Shown here: one piece after another, positions 1 to 8,532 of the stretch
Position numbering within the stretch: the first letter of the stretch is position 1
Layout of the letters: every line of letters begins with the position of its first letter
Source of the DNA: Bacillus subtilis subsp. subtilis str. 168
GTDB taxonomy: Bacteria > Bacillota > Bacilli > Bacillales > Bacillaceae
Assembly (NCBI RefSeq): GCF_000009045.1
Contig: NC_000964.3
Coordinates: 2,040,001 to 2,072,000, forward strand
Reading direction: 5' to 3'
DNA length: 32,000 bases
Position numbers and translations under genes: made by a program
The notes under the pieces: model-generated
Database searches by the model: none
Seen by the model: the letters and a program-made list of their open reading frames with translations, nothing else
Told to the model about the DNA's origin: nothing

Positions 1-365
1 TAGGGCAGTTTTTTCTTGCCTGCGATATGGATAATGCCATCCATGCCGCACGCTTTCGCATCTGCTATACATTTGTCCAACAATCGTTTCGCATGACCGT
101 TATTTTTATATCTGCCAGACACCCACAGACAATTAATGTACATAAAATTAGGCGCATTGATAGGCACCCATGCCTCATTCGCAGGTAGGTATTCAATAAA
201 GACTTTTGCCCGTTCATGTAAGCGATAGAACACCAATCCTTCATCCATTCGAGCTTTGAGCCATCTCTTCTTTTCATTAACTGCATGCTCATATTGTTTC
301 GTGCTTAATGCACAGCAAATATGATTGTCTTCAATATTGTCCTTTGTGATTTCAATGTAGCACAT
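1..365 (-). CDS. yoaP: GNAT-family N-acetyltransferase, N-terminal 121 codons; the gene runs off the left edge
   Basis: Open - strand frame absent from the ORF track because it has no stop inside the window. ATG at 363-365 is preceded by AAAGGGGGGAAAGAGGAG. It translates MCYIEITKDNIEDNHICCALSTKQYEHAVNEKKRWLKARMDEGLVFYRLHERAKVFIEYLPANEAWVPINAPNFMYINCLWVSGRYKNNGHAKRLLDKCIADAKACGMDGIIHIAGKKKLP. The GRYKNNGHAKRLL stretch resembles GNAT acetyl-CoA motif A. Symbol from memory of B. subtilis 168. Confidence 0.8.
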   Translation of the reverse strand, partial: MCYIEITKDNIEDNHICCALSTKQYEHAVNEKKRWLKARMDEGLVFYRLHERAKVFIEYLPANEAWVPINAPNFMYINCLWVSGRYKNNGHAKRLLDKCIADAKACGMDGIIHIAGKKKLP

Positions 366-672
366 CTCCTCTTTCCCCCCTTTAACATAATTACATGGAA
401 TTCAACTTCACACTTTACATGCCTAATAGAATAAATACCCGTTCCAACTTAAATACTTTTTCTTTTCCATTTTGCCAATTAACTGTAAAACCCTTCTTTT
501 ATTCAGATATTATCTTGATTCCTATATCACCCATTTCAAATCCAAAGTGTGTTCATCTTTGAGGATTAGATGCACTGCTTATGCTATAAATACAGTACAC
601 GAAGTTTTTTATTTGAAGTAATATTTGTTACGGGACAGCAATAGTAAATAAGTGATAAAAGGGGAATTAAAC

Positions 673-1029
673 TTGGTGGAAAAATGTTATTCTTGTTTAA
701 TTTGCGGATACAAAGGATTAATTCAAAATCCTTTGTATAAAGGCGAGTATCAAAAAACGTTTGACATTTGTCCATGTTGCGGTTTTGAATTTGGCTACAG
801 TGAGGATCATGATGTGAGGTTAGGTTTTATTGTAACTCCTGATCATTTAATTGAGGCTGCATTTCAATTGTATCGCAAACAATGGCTTGAGAGCGGGATG
901 GTAATTGCTCATCCGGAAGATATTCCAGAAGAATTGAAAAATGGCAATTGCTTAAAATTTGAAGTTTTGTTGAAACAATTGAAAAAACTAAATCTTGACA
1001 TAGAAAATTTTGAAATTAGCGGTTTTTAA
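673..1029 (+). CDS. yoaQ: Small cysteine-rich CPCC-type zinc-ribbon protein (118 aa)
   Basis: Track ORF 652-1029. The best start is TTG at 673, with AAAGGGGA 7 nt upstream. Cysteine pattern CLICGY...DICPCCGFEFGY. Close paralog at 17214-17579. Confidence 0.8.
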   Translation: MVEKCYSCLICGYKGLIQNPLYKGEYQKTFDICPCCGFEFGYSEDHDVRLGFIVTPDHLIEAAFQLYRKQWLESGMVIAHPEDIPEELKNGNCLKFEVLLKQLKKLNLDIENFEISGF

Positions 1030-1329
1030 TGATGAAACAGGTTGCACTTGTTTAGGTTTCACTGTCATTATCAGTAAAATGTTAAGTTGAAATGCGCAAT
1101 CAGTCACAAAGTCTCTATTCGTATTCAATAAAGACTTTGTGATCATCGACAAACATTTCACTCCCATCGGATAAAGTATCCAAAAGGCCTCCTCTGGTTC
1201 TTCTCTATAGTCATTAATCACAGTCACTTTGACATTTGACTCAGCTATGATTGGTTTTCCAACAATTTTTCGTTTTTTCCTCAGGCAAAGTAAGAGATCG
1301 AATCATCAAAGCCATTCCATCTTTACTGT

Positions 1330-1827
1330 CTAATTAACGCCATCTTCAGTGAATTTAAAGGTCTGTTTTAAATTGCGTCCTTCTTGCCCCTTCTGTGTCC
1401 AAATTATAACAACCTCTAATTCAGAGGCCTTATCTGCCAGCATAAAATGATTGAACTTCAGCGGTGAGCCATCATTTAAACTTTCAGCTAACATTTTAGA
1501 ATCTTCTTTTGGTTTGACACAATTTTCATCGGGACATCCAAAAAGCGAAAACCTTGTGATTGAATTAGGGTCATTTCTATACAATTGCACATCCACTGTA
1601 GCTGCTTTTTCCCCTATATTTTTGACTTCCAAGGAATATACTTGATATTCTCCTTTATGAGGTCTCGTAAATTCCTTTACATTTTTTGCTTCACTTACTT
1701 TTACTGACCACTGGTCTGTTTTTTGTGTAATAGGCAACACCGTAAAAGTCAGGGCATGCGCTTTTGATTGGCAAAACGTAAATCCAACTGCTGTAAAAAC
1801 AATTACAGAAAATAATACCCTTTTCAC
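1330..1827 (-). CDS. yozF: Secreted protein of unknown function (165 aa)
   Basis: GTG start at 1825-1827, 9 nt after GGAGGG. N-terminal signal peptide MKRVLFSVIVFTAVGFTFCQSKAHA/LT with an AXA-type cleavage site. Confidence 0.8.
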   Translation of the reverse strand: MKRVLFSVIVFTAVGFTFCQSKAHALTFTVLPITQKTDQWSVKVSEAKNVKEFTRPHKGEYQVYSLEVKNIGEKAATVDVQLYRNDPNSITRFSLFGCPDENCVKPKEDSKMLAESLNDGSPLKFNHFMLADKASELEVVIIWTQKGQEGRNLKQTFKFTEDGVN

Positions 1828-1927
1828 TTCATTTATCCCTCCTTCCTTTCACTGGCCGCTCCTTAAAGAATTGATTTTGAGCAATCTACAAGCTCTCTTA
1901 ACCAAAACCTTACCTGAGGTTTTGTCT

Positions 1928-2839
1928 TTACTGCTCTGCATTTATTTCTTTCGGTATCCGAGAAGGAGCTTTGGGGATTTTTCTCAATCTGCTGTTAATC
2001 ACATCAGAAGAGTATAGCGTAATAATCATACTTCCCCCATACCTTTTTGCCCGAATTAAGATTGGTTGGTTATATTGGTTTTGAAAGCGAAAGTCAGGAC
2101 CTCCCCAGCTTACCGTCGCATCCCGTCCGGGCGGTACATATGGTACACTTCTAGTATGAGAATAGCGCTGAACGATCTGCAGTCCTGCACGATCTACTGC
2201 ATTAAATAGAGTTGAGGACACCTGACAAATTCCTCCTCCTACACCTTCAGACAACTCCCCTTTTACAATAATGGGTGCACTTTTATATCCTTTGTTCCGA
2301 GTTCTCATTCCCACAACTTGGTTAAACGAAAACGTCTCATTAGGGAAAACAACGTGATTGTCGATTGCTTTTGCAGAAAGAGAAATATTGTGTGAACGGC
2401 TTTTATTGCTTGAGTTAAAATACGTCACGTACTGACCAAGCTGCTGCGTACTGATGTGAGCTAGCAGCTCGCTGTCAACTTTCGGATAAATGTTCATTTC
2501 CGGCACTTCTATCTTGGAGGGACCTTGCCCATAAAAATACGCATAAAACTTTTCCATAAACGCCTGTTGATACAGTTTGTAGCCAACCCTGCCCGGGACG
2601 ATGCTTCCATGATCGTTAAGGACAGCATTTATCGGCTCACGGTACACTTTCTGATCAAGCTGTTTGATGAATTTACTGTATTTTTCATAGTCAACCATTG
2701 GAGTGCCGGGAAGAGGCATTGTAAAGTCTTCACGGTTAACAGTGGCAATCGTCCGTCCTTGCTGTGTGACCGTTAAACTGTCCTGCGGCTCACTCGGCTG
2801 AGCCAATAAAAAAAGACCAGTGATCAAAATTTGTATCAT
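1928..2839 (-). CDS. yoaR: VanW-domain protein (303 aa)
   Basis: ATG preceded by GGGAGGT. N-terminal hydrophobic anchor. C-terminal FSFNQVVGMRTRNKGYKSAPII...GGGICQVSSTLFNA is the VanW-family core as I remember it. Confidence 0.85.
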   Translation of the reverse strand: MIQILITGLFLLAQPSEPQDSLTVTQQGRTIATVNREDFTMPLPGTPMVDYEKYSKFIKQLDQKVYREPINAVLNDHGSIVPGRVGYKLYQQAFMEKFYAYFYGQGPSKIEVPEMNIYPKVDSELLAHISTQQLGQYVTYFNSSNKSRSHNISLSAKAIDNHVVFPNETFSFNQVVGMRTRNKGYKSAPIIVKGELSEGVGGGICQVSSTLFNAVDRAGLQIVQRYSHTRSVPYVPPGRDATVSWGGPDFRFQNQYNQPILIRAKRYGGSMIITLYSSDVINSRLRKIPKAPSRIPKEINAEQ

Positions 2840-3185
2840 AAGTCGGTTTACCTCCCAATCATTAGTATGAACAGCCGCTTATCCTTTGATGTATTTCTTC
2901 CCATCGTTTGTTTGAATCTTTAGACGTTGATAAAAACCTTCATAAAAGAGCTTAGCTTTATGTTCACACCGATCCCTGAGCTCACTGAGGCACACGGTTC
3001 ATTCAGTCGGCAAGTTTGAAGTAGTTCAGCATCTCCCAGTGATGAGGGATGCTTTTTTGTCTTGTCAAAAATGAAAAGGGTCTCCTATAACAACAAAAAA
3101 TCAATCCATTTCAATATTTTTTTATTGAGAAACGATAAATTTTTTGTTACATTCAATTAGACAACAAATAAATGAGGTGCTTGTT

Positions 3186-3668
3186 ATGAATCGAATGTCG
3201 ACAATTTTTTTAAAGATAGCTTTGGTTCTTATTGGAATTCCAATTCTTGCTTTATGCATTTTTTTAGTGCCTAAGGTAGCCAACTATTCAGCAGAATTAT
3301 TTCCAAATATCGCTTATATAAAATATCTCGTTTTCATCTATTTGTATGTAACGGCGATACCTTTTTACTTTGCTCTTTATCAAGCGTTCAAACTTTTAAG
3401 CTATATTGACAAAAACAAAGCTTTCTCGGGTTTGTCTGTAAGAGCTTTGAAGAATATAAAATATTGCGCAGTCACTATCAGTATCTTTTACGCAGCAGGC
3501 ATGCCTGTCTTTTATCTGATGGCCGAGATAGACGACGCCCCGGGTATCATTGTGATCGGATTGGTTATTATTTTTGCTTCAATGGTGATTGCGGTCTTTG
3601 CTGCTGTTCTTCAAAAACTGTTAAAAGAAGCGATTGATATAAAATCAGAAAATGACTTAACGGTCTGA
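3186..3668 (+). CDS. yoaS: Polytopic membrane protein, DUF2975-like (160 aa)
   Basis: Track ORF 3144-3668. The ATG at 3186 follows GAGGTG. Four hydrophobic segments. Tightly followed by the small HTH gene, which is the usual DUF2975 + HTH pairing. Confidence 0.8.
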   Translation: MNRMSTIFLKIALVLIGIPILALCIFLVPKVANYSAELFPNIAYIKYLVFIYLYVTAIPFYFALYQAFKLLSYIDKNKAFSGLSVRALKNIKYCAVTISIFYAAGMPVFYLMAEIDDAPGIIVIGLVIIFASMVIAVFAAVLQKLLKEAIDIKSENDLTV

Positions 3669-3677
3669 GGTGATGAC

Positions 3678-3932
3678 ATGGCGATTATTATCAACATTGA
3701 TGTGATGCTTGCTAAGAGGAAAATGAGCGTAACAGAGCTTTCAGAGAGAGTTGGCATCACCATGGCTAATCTTTCGATATTAAAAAACGGAAAAGCAAAG
3801 GCTATTCGATTATCAACTTTAGAAGCGATTTGCAAGGCTTTAGAATGTCAGCCCGGGGATATATTGGAATACCGAAGTGATGAAGACACAGGATTCGTAA
3901 AGAAAAAATATGAAGGATCAACAGAAAAATAA
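3678..3932 (+). CDS. yozG: Small XRE/Cro-type HTH transcriptional regulator (84 aa)
   Basis: GAGGTGA RBS, start 10 nt after the yoaS stop. HTH core MSVTELSERVGITMANLSILKNGKAKAIRLSTLEAICKAL. Confidence 0.85.
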   Translation: MAIIINIDVMLAKRKMSVTELSERVGITMANLSILKNGKAKAIRLSTLEAICKALECQPGDILEYRSDEDTGFVKKKYEGSTEK

Positions 3933-4037
3933 AGTGATTGGCGGTGAGCTTATGGACATAAACTTATATCCATCTAGCTGCTATACTAAGCGTCCCTTTC
4001 ATACACGAAGAACACAACTATGGAGGAGGCATACATC

Positions 4038-4832
4038 ATGAGAGCCATAAAACAAATCGTCCATTTTGGCTGGGAACAAGCCCTTTCATGTTTGTTTCCT
4101 GCCGTTATTTTTGCCTCTTTGGCTATTACGCAAATCATCCCACTGCCCTTCTTGCCGCGGTATGACTGGCTGCTCATTATCTGCGTTCTCATGCAATTGT
4201 GGATGGTGCGTTCCGGTCTTGAGACACGGGATGAATTAAAAGTGATCACATTATTCCACCTTATTGGGCTTGCTCTGGAACTTTTTAAAGTCCATATGGG
4301 CTCCTGGTCTTATCCAGAAGAAGGATACTCCAAAATATTTGGAGTACCTTTGTATAGCGGCTTTATGTACGCAAGTGTAGCCAGTTATTTGTGCCAGGCA
4401 TGGAGAAGGCTTAAGGTTGAACTGGTTAAGTGGCCGTCTTTTTTTGCAGTTGTTCCGCTTGCCGCAGCGATTTATTTGAATTTTTTCACCCACCATTTTT
4501 CTATAGACATTCGATGGTGGTTATCAGGGCTTGTCATCATTGTCTTTTGGCAAACATGGGTTACATACGAGGTGAATGGAGCTCGTTACCGTATGCCGCT
4601 CGCACTTTCTTTTATACTCATCGGATTTTTTATATGGATAGCGGAAAATATCGCTACGTTTTTTGGAGCTTGGAAATATCCAAACCAAATCGATACATGG
4701 AGTCTCGTACACCTTGGAAAGGTAAGTTCATGGCTCTTGCTAGTGATTGTTAGCTTTCTTATAGTAGCATCATTAAAACAAGTTAAGGAGCAGAGTCCCA
4801 CAAAGGCAGAGATGGATGAATCTTTTTCTTAG
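4038..4832 (+). CDS. yoaT: Integral membrane protein, DUF817-like (264 aa)
   Basis: Track ORF 4020-4832. The ATG at 4038 follows GGAGGAGG. Multiple TM segments throughout. Confidence 0.8.
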   Translation: MRAIKQIVHFGWEQALSCLFPAVIFASLAITQIIPLPFLPRYDWLLIICVLMQLWMVRSGLETRDELKVITLFHLIGLALELFKVHMGSWSYPEEGYSKIFGVPLYSGFMYASVASYLCQAWRRLKVELVKWPSFFAVVPLAAAIYLNFFTHHFSIDIRWWLSGLVIIVFWQTWVTYEVNGARYRMPLALSFILIGFFIWIAENIATFFGAWKYPNQIDTWSLVHLGKVSSWLLLVIVSFLIVASLKQVKEQSPTKAEMDESFS

Positions 4833-4861
4833 CATACGCATACAAGCTCCCAAATAGAGTG

Positions 4862-4895
4862 AAAAGCAACGTTCAAATGGTTGCTTTTTTCTTTT
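4862..4895 (+). terminator. Rho-independent terminator after yoaT, probably bidirectional with yoaU
   Basis: aaaagcaac / gttgctttt 9-bp stem, 9-nt loop, T-run. The reverse strand also ends in TTTT. Confidence 0.7.
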
Positions 4896-4955
4896 ATGTA
4901 ACTCTGCCGGTGAGTATTCATCTTCTTCAAATTTCATCGCAACACGATAACTGAT

Positions 4956-5828
4956 TCAGATTACAACTGCTTTCAACACTTTGACAAACTCATGCGCCGC
5001 CGGCGTTATCTCTTCAAATGAATGTGCGATGACGCCAATATCGCGTGTGACCCTAGGAAAGATGTCCTTTTTAATCAATTGATGCGGGACGGATGAAAGT
5101 GTAAAGTTTGAAATGATGCCGATACCCAAGTTATTTTTGACCATATTAATCAAGGTTTCGGCATTTTGCACAGTTAAGTTTTCCTTTAATTCGATGTTGT
5201 ATTGCGAAAATGCGTTTGACATCGCGATTTCATGACCGCCTTTACAAAAAATGAGGTCATCTTGATATGTTTCAAGGTCGACATGCTTTTCAAGTTTTAA
5301 TTCGTCACGCTGCGGCGGGATGACGGCCACCATATAGTCGTTACACAATAGCTGATTTTCAAACGGTTCAAATGGAGATGCTGCGATCCCGATATCAACC
5401 GTCCGATCTTCAACCCATCCTTTTATTTGGTCAGAGGTTCCTTCGATCAATTCTATGCGGATCAGCGGGTAGTTTGATCTGAATGCCGCAATCGCCTGTG
5501 GCATGATATTTGTTGAAACTGCAGGAAATGAACCAATTTTCACCTTCCCGTTTAACAGCTTGTTTTCCCGGTTGGCTACTTGATATATTTTGCTTTCAAT
5601 TCCCTTCATTTGCCTCGCCAGCAGCAATATTTCTTTTCCGATGTCAGTCAGCATTAAACCATGATGTTTATCCCTGATCAATAATTTGAGCTGCAGTGAG
5701 CTCTCCAGGTTTTTTATCGCTTTACTTACCGCCGGCTGAGAGATGAACAATTCTTTTGCCGCTTCTGTAATATTTAATTTCTCCCCAACTTTTACAAATA
5801 TGTGAAGATGGTTCATGTTCATAACCAT
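4956..5828 (-). CDS. yoaU: LysR-family transcriptional regulator (290 aa)
   Basis: Track ORF 4956-5963. The likely start is MVMNMNHLHIF at 5828, after GGGGG. N-terminal LysR HTH: LNITEAAKELFISQPAVSKAIKNLE. Divergent from the EamA transporter gene. Confidence 0.85.
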   Translation of the reverse strand: MVMNMNHLHIFVKVGEKLNITEAAKELFISQPAVSKAIKNLESSLQLKLLIRDKHHGLMLTDIGKEILLLARQMKGIESKIYQVANRENKLLNGKVKIGSFPAVSTNIMPQAIAAFRSNYPLIRIELIEGTSDQIKGWVEDRTVDIGIAASPFEPFENQLLCNDYMVAVIPPQRDELKLEKHVDLETYQDDLIFCKGGHEIAMSNAFSQYNIELKENLTVQNAETLINMVKNNLGIGIISNFTLSSVPHQLIKKDIFPRVTRDIGVIAHSFEEITPAAHEFVKVLKAVVI

Positions 5829-5862
5829 TTGGTTATACCCCCAATAATAAAAATGTATTTCA

Positions 5863-5880
5863 GTTATACATAAATGTAAC
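5863..5880. promoter_or_regulatory. Candidate LysR-type (T-N11-A-like) imperfect dyad in the yoaU/yoaV divergent region
   Basis: GTTATACATAAATGTAAC has GTTA...TAAC arms and lies between the two start codons. Position and shape only; weak. Confidence 0.25.
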
Positions 5881-5928
5881 ATATGATAGAAACCAGCACG
5901 ATATTTTAACAAGAAAGGCGGCTTCATT

Positions 5929-6807
5929 ATGGTAAAAGTTATGCTGGGAATCATATCTGTCACACTTATTTGGGGTTATACTTGGGTTGCGATGAAAGTA
6001 GGAATTCATGACATCCCCCCGCTTTTATTTTCGGGTTTGCGCCTGTTCATCGGAGCAGTTCCTTTATTTCTCATTCTCTTCATCCAAAGAAAAAAGCTTT
6101 CAATTCAAAAAGAACATCTCAAAAGCTATATCATCATGAGCCTGTTGATGGGGCTGGGCTATATGGGGATTTTGACGTATGGAATGCAGTTTGTCGATTC
6201 AGGGAAAACCTCTGTTTTGGTATATACAATGCCTATATTTGTTACGGTGATCAGCCATTTTTCATTAAACGAGAAAATGAATGTGTATAAAACGATGGGA
6301 CTGGTCTGCGGCCTCTTCGGACTGTTATTTATATTTGGAAAGGAAATGCTCAATATCGATCAAAGCGCTTTATTTGGGGAGCTGTGCGTACTTGTGGCAG
6401 CGCTTAGCTGGGGAATCGCGAATGTGTTCAGCAAGCTACAATTCAAGCATATCGATATTATTCACATGAATGCCTGGCACCTTATGATGGGAGCCGTCAT
6501 GTTATTGGTGTTTTCCTTTATATTTGAGGCGGTCCCTTCAGCCGAGTGGACATATCAGGCGGTGTGGTCATTGCTGTTTAATGGCTTGCTTTCCACCGGC
6601 TTTACCTTTGTCGTATGGTTTTGGGTGCTCAATCAAATCCAAGCGTCAAAAGCATCCATGGCATTAATGTTTGTTCCCGTATTGGCCCTATTCTTTGGAT
6701 GGCTGCAATTGCACGAACAGATCACCATCAATATTATCCTCGGCGCACTGCTGATATGCTGCGGGATTTTTATGAATACATTTACATTTTCACGACGGAA
6801 AGTGTGA
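5929..6807 (+). CDS. yoaV: EamA/DMT-family transporter (292 aa)
   Basis: About ten hydrophobic segments in two similar halves. Divergent from the LysR gene, a classic regulator/exporter arrangement. Confidence 0.85.
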   Translation: MVKVMLGIISVTLIWGYTWVAMKVGIHDIPPLLFSGLRLFIGAVPLFLILFIQRKKLSIQKEHLKSYIIMSLLMGLGYMGILTYGMQFVDSGKTSVLVYTMPIFVTVISHFSLNEKMNVYKTMGLVCGLFGLLFIFGKEMLNIDQSALFGELCVLVAALSWGIANVFSKLQFKHIDIIHMNAWHLMMGAVMLLVFSFIFEAVPSAEWTYQAVWSLLFNGLLSTGFTFVVWFWVLNQIQASKASMALMFVPVLALFFGWLQLHEQITINIILGALLICCGIFMNTFTFSRRKV

Positions 6808-6904
6808 ATGATATACATTTCCCCTGTCATTTGGGCTTCATGTGACAGGAGAAGACTATTACGAGAAAGTCTTCTAGAATCCTGACGACAGCCTATTAAA
6901 CAAT

Positions 6905-6938
6905 GAAAAAAGCTAATGTCTGCATGTAGACATTAGCT
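6905..6938 (-). terminator. Rho-independent terminator of yoaW
   Basis: Perfect 11-bp stem agctaatgtct/agacattagct with a 6-nt loop. An A-run on + gives a T-run on -. Confidence 0.75.
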
Positions 6939-6979
6939 TGGCTGGCGTTTAGGCTGGTGAGAATCCAGATACTTTTTTA

Positions 6980-7411
6980 TTACCATTCTGGCTGATCAAA
7001 CTGAAAACCGTATAGACCTTTTACTTTAACATCTCCGCAATCTGGATCTTTTGTCAAAATCAAATAATGAGTCTTATAAGGCATCGTCTCAACTCGATCA
7101 GTTGCACTAAAATCAAAATGATCCCCCGAGAAGTTTTTTTCACTAACGGTTATTTCATATCCTGACAAAGTCATTCGCATGATTCTTGCGTTAATTGTAC
7201 ATCCTTCAGTATCGAAAATGGTGAATCTGTACCCAAAGTGAGATGTCCAATGGTTTGAATTTAGGTCATCAGACTTCATAAACCATTTTTCATTCTCTGT
7301 CATTGTAAAACTCACTTTCTCCTCATCTTTCACGATAACGGCCGAAGCTTCCCCTACATGGATAGTCAAAGCCAAAAGAAATGTAAAAGCTAACATCAAC
7401 ATCTTTTTCAA
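6980..7411 (-). CDS. yoaW: Secreted protein of unknown function (143 aa)
   Basis: TTG start 7 nt after GGAGG. Signal peptide MKKMLMLAFTFLLALTIHVGEASA/V. Confidence 0.8.
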   Translation of the reverse strand: MKKMLMLAFTFLLALTIHVGEASAVIVKDEEKVSFTMTENEKWFMKSDDLNSNHWTSHFGYRFTIFDTEGCTINARIMRMTLSGYEITVSEKNFSGDHFDFSATDRVETMPYKTHYLILTKDPDCGDVKVKGLYGFQFDQPEW

Positions 7412-7621
7412 AAGAGTTCCTCCCGATATCTTTTACTTCAATATATTGGAAGGGTCTTTTCTGATCAAGACAGTCTTCTCCAAATGAATCTTTAGCACCA
7501 TGAAATGAGCCTTAATAAGAACAGTTTTAACCCAAATCAACCTCTATTCGAAATAAGGCTTACCAATCTATATTCTTTTTAAAAGTTTCTGCATTTCTTT
7601 ATTTAGCTCCTAGACACATAT

Positions 7622-7649
7622 AAAAAATGCTCCTATAAGTTCAGGAGCA
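7622..7649 (-). terminator. Rho-independent terminator of yoaZ
   Basis: tgctcct/aggagca stem; the - strand reads stem then TTTTTT. Confidence 0.65.
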
Positions 7650-7674
7650 CTACAAAAAACTGCTAAAGTGTTTT

Positions 7675-8307
7675 CTATCGATTTATTGTATTCATTAGCT
7701 CAAAGAAATATTCAGGCTTTTGAGTCTTATTTAGCTTATACCATGAACGCAATGTATCTGGTGCAAATACATCTAATTTTTTCAATACTTCTACCGCAAA
7801 TTCCAGAGGAGCAATTCCTGATGCAGTAACCAAATTTTCATCAGATACTGCAGGCCCCTTTTCATAGAATGTTTCTCCTTTGTAATTAGGGCAGACCATA
7901 TTCATATAGTCGAGGTCATTGCTTGTGTGCTTTCTCGAATTTAAGTATCCTTCATTCGCGAGGCCCAAGGTTGCCCCACAAATTGCAGCAATAGTCGTGC
8001 CGAGCTTTAAAGCGTCGCCAACTTTTTTCAAGATCGGCTGATGAATATCTTCTCCCCAAGTGTTTCCTCCGGGTAAAATGATAAGATCTTGACTCCCAAG
8101 AGTACATTCGTCAAGAGAAATATCTGGTTTTATGCTTAATCCTCCCAACGTAGTTATCATTTCTTTATTAACCCCTACTGTAACTACTTTTAAAGATGCT
8201 GCATCTTGTTTAAAGTATCTCCCTGAGTTTAGTTCCGCAATTAAATATCCATATTCCCAGTCTGACATTGTGTGAAATACGTAGAGATAAACTTTTCTCG
8301 TTTGCAT
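7675..8307 (-). CDS. yoaZ: DJ-1/PfpI (class I glutamine amidotransferase-like) family protein (210 aa)
   Basis: Track ORF 7675-8322. The ATG at 8307 follows GGAGTG. IILPGG...AAICGATLGLA places the nucleophile-elbow Cys in the DJ-1/PfpI context. Confidence 0.8.
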   Translation of the reverse strand: MQTRKVYLYVFHTMSDWEYGYLIAELNSGRYFKQDAASLKVVTVGVNKEMITTLGGLSIKPDISLDECTLGSQDLIILPGGNTWGEDIHQPILKKVGDALKLGTTIAAICGATLGLANEGYLNSRKHTSNDLDYMNMVCPNYKGETFYEKGPAVSDENLVTASGIAPLEFAVEVLKKLDVFAPDTLRSWYKLNKTQKPEYFFELMNTINR

Positions 8308-8532
8308 CCAATAACACTCCAATCACAATTGATAAAGCTTTCTAATAGATGACTTTGCTGACAGTCATTGTCAGCTTTTTTGTTGATTCTATTCTTATGC
8401 CCTTGTTCTCCCAACTTATAAAAATATAAGATCAATTGATTCTATGTTTACTAGCGCAAAGGGGTTTGTTACACTAACTGTCATGGGAAACATTTCAAAG
8501 GTAATACAAAATCATTTGAATGAGGAGGCCTG

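Noticed and set aside
65-292. Track ORF (75 aa, - strand) at the left edge
   Set aside because: It is in the wrong frame. The frame that runs from the ATG at 363-365 to the window edge has an RBS and a GNAT-like translation (yoaP). This ORF is an overlapping-frame artefact.
988-1227. Track ORF (79 aa, - strand) between yoaQ and yozF, plus an 18-nt exact match (1121-1138 against 189-206, gtattcaataaagacttt) hinting at a decayed yoaP-like copy
   Set aside because: The ORF has no RBS and overlaps the yoaQ 3' end. In the yoaP-like frame only about 25 codons are open (…DGSEMFVDDHKVFIEYE*). The match is short enough in AT-rich DNA that I cannot distinguish a gene relic from chance.
2880-3062. Long (~220 bp) region upstream of yoaR with a + strand terminator-like hairpin (gcatctc..gagggatgc + TTTTTT at about 3030-3062); considered a riboswitch/leader or an antisense sRNA
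   Set aside because: I found no convincing + strand promoter, no recognisable riboswitch consensus, and no terminator/antiterminator alternative on the yoaR strand. The hairpin alone is insufficient.
1451-4801. Track ORFs 1451-1645, 2525-2776, 3611-3835, 3986-4249, 4251-4496, 4430-4753, 4524-4712 and 4586-4801
   Set aside because: All lie inside, or antisense to, well-supported genes (yozF, yoaR, yoaS/yozG, yoaT). They lack RBSs and have odd Cys/Arg/Ser-rich compositions typical of off-frame translation.
6159-6845. Track ORFs 6159-6353, 6281-6469, 6615-6845 and 6633-6830
   Set aside because: They are embedded in, or antisense to, the EamA transporter gene yoaV, with no RBS.
8357-8381. + strand hairpin with T6 (gctgaca gtcat tgtcagc tttttt) in the yoaZ-penP intergenic region; considered a penP attenuator
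   Set aside because: There is no plausible + strand promoter upstream of it. The better penP promoter candidate (TTGTTC-16-TATAAG near 8405-8432) lies downstream of it. It may simply insulate penP from antisense read-through, and there is not enough evidence for a regulatory call.
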